A stretch of DNA of 64,000 nt from a virus: the IMG/VR virus record IMGVR_UViG_3300020411_001722, positions 15,653 through 79,652 of that record; one strand, 5' to 3'. Below the pieces are notes generated by a model. It had not been told where the DNA came from and made no database searches. It saw only the letters and a list, made by a program, of their open reading frames with translations. Below, piece by piece: positions 1-8,866 of this stretch (position 1 is its first letter; each line of letters starts with the position of its first letter). Both the position numbers and the translations under genes were made by a program.

Positions 1-3000
1 GTCCTAGTTGGGGTTAACTTGGCTGCTGGCATGTCATTGCGAAGGAAATCCATGAATTCTTGCCCCTGTGACCCCGTTGTATGCCCCTCTACGAGCATCG
101 AAACGTTAAAAGAGGCATTATCATTCTTCGAGGCACAATATTTGTGTATCATCCACCCATAAGCGGTCTCTTTAGGTTCATCATTTGGGTCTAATGGTTC
201 AGATAACCCTTTATAGGAGCAAGGAATGTCGAAAAATCGACTTGCGGTGTAAGTTTTTGGTTGAGGAAGGACAATACAGTTCTTTCCTTTGTTAAAACCA
301 TACAAACCACCATGATTTACTGCCTCTCTGTCAGCAGTTTTACCTGCTAGGACTGCATCAGGCCAAACTTCTTGATAGAAAGTAGCAATATTTGGTGAAT
401 ATTTGTTCATTTCCGTAAATTGGTCATCTTTTGGCAGTGCATCAGAGACAATTCCAGGAAAATTATGGTTTAAACACGCAGCAGGTAGGTCTTGACACAG
501 TGTAGTCTGCTCTGAATCCGATACTTCGGTGATTTTTAGGTAACCTTCTGGTATATCTACCTTTACACCCGCTTCAATTTCTTCAAATGGACGTGCCATT
601 AGCACATCGATGTCAAAACCATCCTCAGAAGACATATATTCCTTCACATGTTTGTACTGACCTTCGTCTTGCTTCGCTCCAGACATGTCTGTACCTTCAA
701 AACCCTTACTTACTCTATCTGGAATGACTACAGCAATGTATGGTGGGTGGTCTGCAGTGTACCCTGCACCCCTTTCTTCGACTATAACACCAATAATTGA
801 CCCTGAGTCATCAAGTTCACTAACTCTAACCACCGCTTGTTTCTGCTGTACCGCCTTTCCTCTGTTAAATACCACCTGTTTTGCGGTAGCATCATCACTA
901 GCAGCCAAAGTATTGGAACCTTTTTCAATAGCATTGAACATTTGGACATCATAATTCTTCGTAGATATGAGATCATCACCCTGTTCTTGCTCTTCTGCGG
1001 GGTAACTGGGTATAACTTGACTATCAACCTTGTTCTGATTGTACATTTCTGACGCTAAATCACCGCCAGTGAACTCTTCCATGATTCCAGGAGAGCTAAC
1101 TGCCAGTTGAATGTTCTCCATATTGTACCCTCTACCCGAATTTACGATAATTACATCCACTAATTCCCCATTATCGTTGATCACAGGCTCCAATTTTGCT
1201 TCATCTAGCGTCCTCATAGCAACCAAAGCGTCACTATTGACCTCTACTCGGTAGTAAGATATGTTTTTTCTGAACTCATACACCCCAAAGAACGCACATT
1301 TATCAAAAATACCGTATCCAGCGAGTGCAATTATGGTTGCACCGTCCTCTGCAGTGTAAGTTTGACGGTAAACGAAGTCTTCACCTGCTGGCATATCGCT
1401 ATCCATCTCATTTAATTCCATGAAACCTGCTTTTTGCTTGTCTCCAAAGTAACGAATCTCGGAAATTAACCACCCATTGATCATTTCTCCACGCTTAAAC
1501 GCACCAGTAGATGATGTATAGCGGAATAGTAGGCGGGTTGTATGTGTATCAGCGACCCAGAAGGACTCATTTACACCTGAAGAGTTACCATCAGACAGTT
1601 CTATGGTCGAAGAAGTGGTCTGCCAACAGTCTTCACGGATAGAATAGAAGTGAGAATGGTAAGTATAGTTAGGAATACACTCTGGACAACCCGATGAGTC
1701 CTCTGCATTAGGGCAACATGCTGCATCTGAGAGAGTATACTGTATAGAATAGATCGGACCGTTCCAAGGAAAGGACGTATCATACAAATAATAGACAAAT
1801 TGGGAGTCATACATGTCCTCGAAACCCAAATATCGAGGAACAGAACCCTTAACAGCACCGTTCAGACCATAAGACCACTCAAAAAGTGCATCTTCAGTCA
1901 ACATTTCAGCAAAATCTGGGTCACCCCAACCGTTTACAGCAGGAGTTCCCTCCCAACGGTTGCCATTTTGATCCATTTGCTGTCTGTACATGAAGTATGT
2001 GTACTGACTATTGCCATTATAATTACTGTCATCCTCTGGACGGTAGTCATACCAACCACTTTTGTCCACACATTGACCACAAGGACCAATTTTACCTACA
2101 TCTATTACTGTTTTCTGCCTACGATCCTCAACCATAAGGATTCTAAGGATACCATTACAGTCATTTCCATGTCCATCCTTCAAACATAACCATTGTCCAC
2201 CATCTCTAACCTCAATTGGACTGTTAGAAGGGTGTAAATTAGTGTATGTAATTGGATATGTGCCTGGTGTTAACCCACTTATCGTCTCAGACTGGTTTCC
2301 TTTCTTACCAGATCTTGTCCAAGTCTTAGTACCAATCTGGAGTGAGTCTAAATTGACACCCGCTATACTTGTACTATCATTCCAACGGTATTCAATAACA
2401 ATATTTCCACTACTTGAACCTGTTACAATTAAATTATTTCCTGTAGAATCAAAGTATGCACCTAATGTAGGGGAAGGATATGCTGTAGTATATGCCCATC
2501 CTATAATTCCTTGATATACATACTGTCCTTGCTGTGCATCTTTCGGAGGAATTGGTCCTCCTGATAGGTTTACCTCAACTGAGGGATCGGTTGTATAGAA
2601 ATCGTTTTGATGTGTTGCTGAATAATAATGATATAAGGGTACTTCACCACCCCCGTAGACCTGTGCTGCCTGTTGACCTGCTGCCATATATCCTATGACA
2701 CCAGTATTGACGTATCCTGCCTCTGTAACGTTACCAGTTATTTTAGTGTTCTTTAGGGTAGAACTATAATGTCTATGAAATGGGACTGCTGTACCCTCTT
2801 CTGGGGTGTCTAGCATGTAGAATATAGGAGCATTCCTTCTTGGTTGAGGATGGTATGCTTTTATCTCCTTTCCTTTATTCTTCTCTCCAGGATAATCATC
2901 CTTAGTTAATTTATTTTCTACCCAGTAATCATGGTTTGCAGCAGTACCACCTTTATAGAAACGGTAGATACCCATTCTTTCGGTACCTACTATTACATCT

Positions 3001-3182
3001 TGCTCGTCTCCAATATAGTGGACGTTATCCTTCCCTAAAGGAAGGGAACCTGGACCTTCATCATAAAATTCAATTTGATATCCATCAGGAACACCCTCAT
3101 ACCCATCCCAAGTTCTTAAGAAGTCCTTTGCTTCTATGGGATTACGGTATGATCTAGATGTTTCTAATATATACGCTGGCAC
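1..3182 (-). CDS. Large virion structural protein, runs off the left edge (>1000 aa)
   Basis: Absent from the ORF track because it is truncated. Read manually from GTG at 3182 (MPAYILETSRSYRNPIEAKDF...), open in every segment translated. Has PLYHYYSATHQNDFYTT-type repeats and a domain shared with the 1466-aa protein at 57717-62117. Confidence 0.75.
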   Translation of the reverse strand, partial: MPAYILETSRSYRNPIEAKDFLRTWDGYEGVPDGYQIEFYDEGPGSLPLGKDNVHYIGDEQDVIVGTERMGIYRFYKGGTAANHDYWVENKLTKDDYPGEKNKGKEIKAYHPQPRRNAPIFYMLDTPEEGTAVPFHRHYSSTLKNTKITGNVTEAGYVNTGVIGYMAAGQQAAQVYGGGEVPLYHYYSATHQNDFYTTDPSVEVNLSGGPIPPKDAQQGQYVYQGIIGWAYTTAYPSPTLGAYFDSTGNNLIVTGSSSGNIVIEYRWNDSTSIAGVNLDSLQIGTKTWTRSGKKGNQSETISGLTPGTYPITYTNLHPSNSPIEVRDGGQWLCLKDGHGNDCNGILRILMVEDRRQKTVIDVGKIGPCGQCVDKSGWYDYRPEDDSNYNGNSQYTYFMYRQQMDQNGNRWEGTPAVNGWGDPDFAEMLTEDALFEWSYGLNGAVKGSVPRYLGFEDMYDSQFVYYLYDTSFPWNGPIYSIQYTLSDAACCPNAEDSSGCPECIPNYTYHSHFYSIREDCWQTTSSTIELSDGNSSGVNESFWVADTHTTRLLFRYTSSTGAFKRGEMINGWLISEIRYFGDKQKAGFMELNEMDSDMPAGEDFVYRQTYTAEDGATIIALAGYGIFDKCAFFGVYEFRKNISYYRVEVNSDALVAMRTLDEAKLEPVINDNGELVDVIIVNSGRGYNMENIQLAVSSPGIMEEFTGGDLASEMYNQNKVDSQVIPSYPAEEQEQGDDLISTKNYDVQMFNAIEKGSNTLAASDDATAKQVVFNRGKAVQQKQAVVRVSELDDSGSIIGVIVEERGAGYTADHPPYIAVVIPDRVSKGFEGTDMSGAKQDEGQYKHVKEYMSSEDGFDIDVLMARPFEEIEAGVKVDIPEGYLKITEVSDSEQTTLCQDLPAACLNHNFPGIVSDALPKDDQFTEMNKYSPNIATFYQEVWPDAVLAGKTADREAVNHGGLYGFNKGKNCIVLPQPKTYTASRFFDIPCSYKGLSEPLDPNDEPKETAYGWMIHKYCASKNDNASFNVSMLVEGHTTGSQGQEFMDFLRNDMPAAKLTPTR

Positions 3183-3185
3183 AAG

Positions 3186-3482
3186 TTAGATTCCAAGTAC
3201 AGTCTCAATTGTATTTATTCTCTCATAGAGATCTTCGAAGACGGAGGCGAGATTTTTATACTCGTCTTCACCAGGAGGTTTATATTGAATCATCTCTGGA
3301 CCAGGTGGAGGCATCTTATTAAACGCTTCCTCCAGCACCGACAACCTACTGGATAGGTTTTCTAACCCACTAGCGACAAATTCAAAGTTCTTACTAACTT
3401 GAGTCATTGCATCCTGTATGTCTACATACTTGGTTTCTTCAATTGTTCTGTCTTTCATTTTTAAAGATCTCGTTATTTCCAT
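3186..3482 (-). CDS. Hypothetical coiled-coil protein
   Basis: 98-aa ORF on the coding strand, abutting the next gene. Confidence 0.65.
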   Translation of the reverse strand: MEITRSLKMKDRTIEETKYVDIQDAMTQVSKNFEFVASGLENLSSRLSVLEEAFNKMPPPGPEMIQYKPPGEDEYKNLASVFEDLYERINTIETVLGI

Positions 3483-3503
3483 TGAGTTCCACTCGCCATT
3501 TTT

Positions 3504-3668
3504 TTATGGTTCGTACTTTTCCAAGCACAATGTACCAAACTCCTCTTCAGTATACTCTAAAGTGTCCCCATCTGTCCACCCTAGTTCATCTGTAAGGTCT
3601 GTAGGTAAAGTGACAGATAGATTACCATCGTCATCCTCTACTAATTGTAGAGTATATCTTTTACTCAT
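3504..3668 (-). CDS. Small AbrB/MazE/SpoVT-like protein (54 aa)
   Basis: Manual translation MSKRYTLQLVEDDDGNLSVTLPTDLTDELGWTDGDTLEYTEEEFGTLCLEKYEP; the LP...LGW..GD.L pattern is typical of swapped-hairpin proteins. Confidence 0.6.
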   Translation of the reverse strand: MSKRYTLQLVEDDDGNLSVTLPTDLTDELGWTDGDTLEYTEEEFGTLCLEKYEP

Positions 3669-3701
3669 ACTCTTATTTCCTTAACTGTAGGTATGTATGT
3701 A

Positions 3702-4172
3702 TTATCGAACTCCACCAACACAAGCAGTTTGATATAATGAATAAGACTTATGTGTAATATCACATATCTCACTAGTCTCCTTATATAACTGATGTAAAAT
3801 AAAACCATCACCTAGGTATATCGCTCCATGATTAGGTGCACGATCCACTGGTACTGAGTAACCTCCTATCAACGGGTCAGTGTATACACGATATAACATA
3901 AGGTCATGTTCTTTTATAACATCTAAGTCCAACATATCACCCCACGCACTCTTCCATGCATACACACCGTTCTCAGCATCCAACGCTGCTTGGTTGAAAC
4001 TGTAGATCTTAAGTTCAGAAAAGTCTGCGAGAGTTCTCTTATCTGGGTGATATTTTTTAAAGTACTTTTGAATAACGTCGTAACAACCTGGGTACCTTCT
4101 TCCAGACCAAGGGAGATCAATTAGGTCTGCGAATTTATTTTTTAACTCGGAAAGTTTTTCGGAGCGATTCAT
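3702..4172 (-). CDS. NlpC/P60-family peptidase-like protein
   Basis: GCYDVI (catalytic Cys) and NHGAIYLGDGFILHQ (catalytic His pair). Confidence 0.75.
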   Translation of the reverse strand: MNRSEKLSELKNKFADLIDLPWSGRRYPGCYDVIQKYFKKYHPDKRTLADFSELKIYSFNQAALDAENGVYAWKSAWGDMLDLDVIKEHDLMLYRVYTDPLIGGYSVPVDRAPNHGAIYLGDGFILHQLYKETSEICDITHKSYSLYQTACVGGVR

Positions 4173-4377
4173 ATATGATCTTCAATAATTCTCTACTAGT
4201 TATACTAACATAATGAAATTCCTCCCGTAGAGAAACCCCTAGGGAGGATTTTTTATATAAATTTATTTTTTTATTTCGATAACTCACTCTCGATCCTATA
4301 CTTTTGTAGGTTAACACAATTGCAAAAATTAATATAGCAAAATATCAATTAGTGCATGAACAGTTTGTGTTAATTAG

Positions 4378-4569
4378 TCATGCTAATTGCACGTCATAAC
4401 ACATACCTTCAGCAATGAAATAATCACATAATTGTTGATACTGAAGCAGGTCATTGTGTAGGTCACAATCTATCAAGAACTGTGCCATCTCTATTTGTTC
4501 ATCAGGGGGCAAATTACCCTCATCATAAATGTCTAATAAGACCTGCAATCTCTTTGGAATTGTTGTCAC
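4378..4569 (-). CDS. Hypothetical protein
   Basis: 63-aa ORF, start overlaps the upstream stop. Confidence 0.55.
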   Translation of the reverse strand: MTTIPKRLQVLLDIYDEGNLPPDEQIEMAQFLIDCDLHNDLLQYQQLCDYFIAEGMCYDVQLA

Positions 4570-4751
4570 TAACCCTCCTCCAAATTAGGGTTACTATGTG
4601 TTATCGCATCTTTCAACGCTGAGTGATAAGAACTAAACGGACCATTCTTTACACATTGTGGGTAATTATATGCCCAAAAGTGTTTAGAACGTGTTTCCCA
4701 CAATTTAACATCTACAGGGGGTGAAGTTTCGAGTGTAATTGTTTTAGTCAT
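4569..4751 (-). CDS. Hypothetical protein
   Basis: 60-aa ORF on the coding strand. Confidence 0.55.
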   Translation of the reverse strand: MTKTITLETSPPVDVKLWETRSKHFWAYNYPQCVKNGPFSSYHSALKDAITHSNPNLEEG

Positions 4752-4799
4752 TTGAGGGCAATTAGGGCAGGTGAGTAATAAGCAAAATGGGCAAATTAG

Positions 4800-4985
4800 T
4801 CAAAACTCGTTATTACTTTTCTTCCTTATACTGTGCGCAGGTTTGTTATACTTAACAGTATAATCTGCGGATGAGTTAGTATCATCGAACCTGTACTTAT
4901 TAGAGCGAGAATTGTTTCTCTTTTCTCTAATACTTTTCGCCCTATGTGATGAATAGGGGTCATTCCGTTTGTAAGTCCTTCCCAT
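4800..4985 (-). CDS. Small basic hypothetical protein
   Basis: 61-aa Lys/Arg-rich ORF just downstream of the promoter at 5026-5054. Confidence 0.6.
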   Translation of the reverse strand: MGRTYKRNDPYSSHRAKSIREKRNNSRSNKYRFDDTNSSADYTVKYNKPAHSIRKKSNNEF

Positions 4986-5025
4986 TGAAAATTGAGGCAG
5001 TAATTAACATTTTGGAACTGAACGT

Positions 5026-5054
5026 ATTATATAGCATTAGTGAGCAAATTGCAA
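5026..5054 (-). promoter_or_regulatory. sigma70-type promoter
   Basis: Minus strand TTGCAA-17bp-TATAAT. Confidence 0.65.
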
Positions 5055-5099
5055 TACCTTCAGTGATAGTCAGGGTTTCGAAATATGCTCTGCTATGTG

Positions 5100-5128
5100 T
5101 TGACAACTCTCTGTCGATATGCTACAGT
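5100..5128 (+). promoter_or_regulatory. sigma70-type promoter firing rightwards into non-coding DNA
   Basis: TTGACA-17bp-TACAGT with TG extended -10; no plus-strand gene follows. Confidence 0.55.
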
Positions 5129-5222
5129 TAGAGACAACAATTAACCGCATACTTTTAGAAACAATATAACACAAACCTATGTTTTTTTAAGTATTAATTT
5201 TAACGTGTAATTTAACAAGGTT

Positions 5223-5264
5223 TGTGGAAAAAACTGTGGAAAACTTACGCATAATTGTTGATAA
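5223..5264. promoter_or_regulatory. DnaA-box-like cluster (candidate replication origin)
   Basis: TGTGGAAAA (=TTTTCCACA) at 5223-5231 and 5235-5243, TGTTGATAA (=TTATCAACA) at 5256-5264, next to an AT-rich tract. Confidence 0.45.
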
Positions 5265-5900
5265 CTAAGCGGGTGCAATATTCACTGTTAATGTTATTCT
5301 TTCTCCTGTAGGGTTTGATTCATAACCTCGTGTAAGATTAGAGGGAAAAATAACAACATCTCCTTCGCTGTAAGGTATAAAACATTCAGGCATATTAAAG
5401 ATTGATTCTTTACTACAAGGCACCTGTAATACGGGAAAGAAAGATGATACAATATGCCTTCTAAATTTAAGAGGTGAATGTAATTTAGAGTCGTAATTTA
5501 CAAAATAAACTAATGAATAGAGGCAATTACTTGACTCATGTGGTGCATAGATAGCACCCTCATCTGCGAGTTCTAAGTAACACTCACTGACTTGTAATCT
5601 TGATTGATAATTATTAGCATTATTGTTGTGCTTATCTATCAACAACATCAAGGCATCTTTCAATTCGGGGATATCATTTAATACCTCATTATCCTTGCCA
5701 ATTGTTGTTACATTGTGGGAAATCATTCTCCTGGAATGATCTGGAACTAATTCCTTAGTTGTCATCCACTTAAGCAAATCTTGCTTGAATTGTTGATGAT
5801 TAGGAAGTGTAAATGATGAGACTGCTTGTGGAAAAATACCAAATGTTTGGTTCTTTTGTAATACTTCCTTTTCGAGATTGTCGCTTAATTCATTAGACAT
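5265..5900 (-). CDS. 2OG-Fe(II) oxygenase-like protein (TIGR02466-like) with degenerate metal ligands
   Basis: IFPQAV start, LYSLVYFV, EGDVVIFPS, RITLTVN; has HES and TRG where paralogues have HxH and H. Confidence 0.7.
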   Translation of the reverse strand: MSNELSDNLEKEVLQKNQTFGIFPQAVSSFTLPNHQQFKQDLLKWMTTKELVPDHSRRMISHNVTTIGKDNEVLNDIPELKDALMLLIDKHNNNANNYQSRLQVSECYLELADEGAIYAPHESSNCLYSLVYFVNYDSKLHSPLKFRRHIVSSFFPVLQVPCSKESIFNMPECFIPYSEGDVVIFPSNLTRGYESNPTGERITLTVNIAPA

Positions 5901-5918
5901 AGTAGATGAAATTAGAGT

Positions 5919-6086
5919 TTAGTTTGTTGTAATTAACCAATCGTACTTATCAATTGATTGTTTACAATCAGGGCAGGTTAATCCTGAGAAGTTGAAGTGA
6001 TAAACTGTGCGGGAAGAATTACATTTAGGACATGTAATTTGCTTGCCATTCTTACCACTTCGTGTGTAACGATTGACATTGTTCAT
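5919..6086 (-). CDS. Zinc-ribbon protein (55 aa)
   Basis: Manual translation MNNVNRYTRSGKNGKQITCPKC...LTCPDCKQSIDKYDW; two CxxC motifs. Confidence 0.65.
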   Translation of the reverse strand: MNNVNRYTRSGKNGKQITCPKCNSSRTVYHFNFSGLTCPDCKQSIDKYDWLITTN

Positions 6087-6097
6087 TGTTATCTATA

Positions 6098-6301
6098 TCA
6101 GTAATTGCGGAGAGTTCTATACGGTTTGTACTGATAATTAACAGGGGTTTGTAATACTTTCTCAGTCTGATGTATGACCTCTAAAGTATCATTTAGTTGG
6201 TCGTAATCCTTCAAGAGTTCTTGATAGATTTGTGGGGTCAATGGTTGCATGATTTTGTTAATGAAAAGGTGAAAAAAATTGGCGTTGGTATCAAATAGCA
6301 T
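6098..6301 (-). CDS. Hypothetical protein
   Basis: Small ORF in the early gene run; true start may be the internal MQPLTP. Confidence 0.5.
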   Translation of the reverse strand: MLFDTNANFFHLFINKIMQPLTPQIYQELLKDYDQLNDTLEVIHQTEKVLQTPVNYQYKPYRTLRNY

Positions 6302-6307
6302 GAAAGA

Positions 6308-6760
6308 TTATCTCATATAGAGATAACCTCCCGCCCAACCTGTGTTTACTGAATTATGTAAAAACTCTCTCTGATTGATAATTCTCATGTCATATCTTAC
6401 ATGTTTGGCAGGTGATTTCCAAGAAGCAGGTTTGTAAACTTCACCTGTATTCTTATCAATAAATGCATGTACAGATCCGTCTCTGTACTCGTTTCTGTCC
6501 TGAAATGTGTCATAGTCCTGCTGTATGACCTTGTAATACTTTTTACCATTTTGTACCCTGAAACGCATTAGGTTTGCTGTACCGTCTTCTACTGCCTTCA
6601 ACTGTGCTTGACAGTAAGAAGATCCACCGTCTCTAGCATTCATAGACTGCATAGAGCGAACATGATAATCTCTGTAATTACGCTCAAGTGCTTTGCATAG
6701 TCCTTCAGTCCACTCAAGGACTTTAGTTTGTGTTTTGAGAGTTTCAGTTGAAATGGTCAT
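6308..6760 (-). CDS. Conserved cyanophage early hypothetical protein
   Basis: SVHAFIDKNTGEVYKPASWKSPAK motif; first gene after a promoter module. Confidence 0.7.
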   Translation of the reverse strand: MTISTETLKTQTKVLEWTEGLCKALERNYRDYHVRSMQSMNARDGGSSYCQAQLKAVEDGTANLMRFRVQNGKKYYKVIQQDYDTFQDRNEYRDGSVHAFIDKNTGEVYKPASWKSPAKHVRYDMRIINQREFLHNSVNTGWAGGYLYMR

Positions 6761-6789
6761 TTAAGGCAATGTTGTTTGTTGATATAATC

Positions 6790-6849
6790 ATTATAGGGCA
6801 TATAGGCAAGAGGACAAGAAAAAGTGTGACAGTTTGCCGACTGCCACAC
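6790..6849 (-). promoter_or_regulatory. Early promoter module A (palindrome + -35/-10)
   Basis: GTGTGGCAGT-6-ACTGTCACAC, then TTGTCC-16-TATAAT. Confidence 0.7.
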
Positions 6850-6869
6850 CATAACTAACAACAAACAAA

Positions 6870-7010
6870 TTAAGCGTTTAAGATAGTTGCGTTCGATAAT
6901 TTGTGAAACAAACTATCAACAACTGTTTCCTCCTGTTTATTAAGATCTTCACCTTGTATGCCTGACTCAATGTAAAATAGAATTGTATCTATTTCTTCTT
7001 GAGTTAACAT
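6870..7010 (-). CDS. Small hypothetical protein (46 aa)
   Basis: Manual translation MLTQEEIDTILFYIESGIQGEDL... Confidence 0.5.
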   Translation of the reverse strand: MLTQEEIDTILFYIESGIQGEDLNKQEETVVDSLFHKLSNATILNA

Positions 7011-7044
7011 AACTGATGCAAGATTTAACTGAGTGAGTGTTACT

Positions 7045-7149
7045 TTAATAGTTAAATTCCTCCGCTAAATCTTCGAGCAATGCCAAAATGTCATTGCCAT
7101 CTACACAATCTTCAAACAATTCATCAAGAAATGCTGGAGAGTATGCCAT
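7045..7149 (-). CDS. Small acidic protein (34 aa)
   Basis: Manual translation MAYSPAFLDELFEDCVDGNDILALLEDLAEEFNY; GAGG RBS upstream. Confidence 0.5.
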   Translation of the reverse strand: MAYSPAFLDELFEDCVDGNDILALLEDLAEEFNY

Positions 7150-7211
7150 AATTAAGACCTCAAAGTGTGTGAATAATGTGTAACTTTAGGGCGAACACAT
7201 TCCCATATTAA

Positions 7212-7478
7212 TTACCTATATTCTGCTTCACATGGTGGATCGTCATCATAACTTACCTCAACATATTGTCGAGATACATTATCAATTAGTTCATCCAATG
7301 TGTCTTCGTCAAATGTAAATCTAATCTCATCTTTGAGTTCATTTGTTGATAGTCTGCTAAAGTCATCTATCAAGGTATTTCTAACAAATTCCTCCAAAGA
7401 TTTGTAGTCCATACTATCAACACATAGATCTACATACTGTTCAATTAGTTCATCAAATTGTGCAGGATTTAGTGTCAT
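7212..7478 (-). CDS. Acidic hypothetical protein
   Basis: 88 aa, about 25 Asp/Glu. Confidence 0.65.
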   Translation of the reverse strand: MTLNPAQFDELIEQYVDLCVDSMDYKSLEEFVRNTLIDDFSRLSTNELKDEIRFTFDEDTLDELIDNVSRQYVEVSYDDDPPCEAEYR

Positions 7479-7515
7479 TTGTGTAAAGAAATAGTAGACA
7501 ATAAAAAGAGATAGA

Positions 7516-7863
7516 CTATGCTATCTCAAGTTGTGGAGTGTCCAAAAGGATCATGCCATCAGTAAATGATGTGACCTGACCACGAAATGAGACAAACCAA
7601 TCAAAGTTTTTTTGGAATACCCTTGCCCCATACTTGACCTCTTCCAATAGTGCATTTAATCTTGACTTAGTTGTGACGGTCTCATAACCGCATGAGTCAA
7701 GTTTAACAGCATTTGTGGAGTGGTCTACTGTTGCAATTAGGTGACCATGTAGACGAACCTGAGAGCAGTCTGTATGCTCATTGTAGGTAACTTGAGTATT
7801 AGAACCACACCAGTTGCCTTTGTTGGATACTGCGAAGTTCATTTGTCTTTCAAGTTTTCTCAT
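7516..7863 (-). CDS. Conserved cyanophage early hypothetical protein
   Basis: VRLHGHLIA...TTKSRLNALL...VFQKNFDWFV; first gene after promoter module B. Confidence 0.7.
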   Translation of the reverse strand: MRKLERQMNFAVSNKGNWCGSNTQVTYNEHTDCSQVRLHGHLIATVDHSTNAVKLDSCGYETVTTKSRLNALLEEVKYGARVFQKNFDWFVSFRGQVTSFTDGMILLDTPQLEIA

Positions 7864-7894
7864 GGATTAAATGCTTTGTTTGTTTGACTCTTTA

Positions 7895-7954
7895 ATAATA
7901 ACCGATAATCACCAGTGTTCAACAAACTGTGTGCCACTTTCTTGACTGGCATAG
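7895..7954 (-). promoter_or_regulatory. Early promoter module B
   Basis: CTATGCCAGT-6-AGTGGCACAC, then TTGAAC-16-TATTAT. Confidence 0.65.
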
Positions 7955-8118
7955 TAATTGTCGGTTACGCTCTGAAGTTCCGCATAGATGCGCTGCACCT
8001 CTAGGGACGGTATGTAATCTGTCCCACAATCCTCCGCAACTTGGTCTAAGTAATACAAAATGGTGGAGATTTCACCGCCAGTTAGATTAACTTTGTGCGT
8101 GGTATGTTCATAACTCAT
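7909..8118 (-). CDS. Hypothetical protein
   Basis: 69-aa ORF with GGAGG RBS; its 3' end contains promoter module B. Confidence 0.6.
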   Translation of the reverse strand: MSYEHTTHKVNLTGGEISTILYYLDQVAEDCGTDYIPSLEVQRIYAELQSVTDNYYASQESGTQFVEHW

Positions 8119-8120
8119 TG

Positions 8121-8390
8121 TTAAATAACCTCCACAATTACATGGTCTTTATCTAACTCTGAGAATTTACGGTGATTAACAACAAGTGCGTAAATGTTGA
8201 GTAGTTCCCTAACATCTACCTCACTGTAATCATCCCAGTCTGATACATAATCAGCATTATCAAAATCAATCTTATTATCTACAAATAGTGGTGCAGATTG
8301 TAGATCATTGTATTCATTAACCCAAAATGCACGTCCAAAAACATCACTTCTATAAATCAATTGATCTGCAATTGTTGTTGATTTAGTCAT
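8121..8390 (-). CDS. Hypothetical protein
   Basis: Likely start MTKSTTIAD at 8390, after GGAGGG. Confidence 0.6.
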   Translation of the reverse strand: MTKSTTIADQLIYRSDVFGRAFWVNEYNDLQSAPLFVDNKIDFDNADYVSDWDDYSEVDVRELLNIYALVVNHRKFSELDKDHVIVEVI

Positions 8391-8529
8391 TGGAATTACC
8401 CTCCATAGATAAGATTTTATCAAACACATTTGTTTGATTAGGTGTTAACTCAAAGTCCATATCTCTGAGTATATCGTATAACTTAACGAACTCATATAGT
8501 TCGTCATTTGTAACATGAATTGTTCTCAT
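8383..8529 (-). CDS. Small hypothetical protein (48 aa)
   Basis: Manual translation MRTIHVTNDELYEFVKLYDILRDMDFELTPNQ... Confidence 0.5.
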   Translation of the reverse strand: MRTIHVTNDELYEFVKLYDILRDMDFELTPNQTNVFDKILSMEGNSND

Positions 8530-8530
8530 A

Positions 8531-8734
8531 TTACAACCTATTAGTATAACTGGAGTGGTTAATTAGATCCCATGTTTCACAAAAACATGTTAACCAATTA
8601 CGTTGAGATGATGTTAGTTCATTATCATCTTTATCAACATTAGAATATAACAAATCAGATGCACATTGCAACTCTAAGTTATTCCTAATGCAGAAATCTT
8701 CTAATACATCAGACATCCAATCTAAGTTATTCAT
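8531..8734 (-). CDS. Hypothetical protein
   Basis: 67-aa ORF with AGGAGG RBS. Confidence 0.6.
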   Translation of the reverse strand: MNNLDWMSDVLEDFCIRNNLELQCASDLLYSNVDKDDNELTSSQRNWLTCFCETWDLINHSSYTNRL

Positions 8735-8866
8735 TGTTAGAAACCTCCTGAGAATAATAAAGTTTATCTAATAACGAGTCGATACAATCTTTCTCGTTAT
8801 CTTCTAAGAATACTCGCTGATTGAGTATTGATTTGAATACAACTCCGTATTCTAATCTTGTTAGTT

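Noticed and set aside
685-3157. Several short ORFs in the first 3 kb
   Set aside because: They overlap the long minus-strand frame that runs off the window edge.
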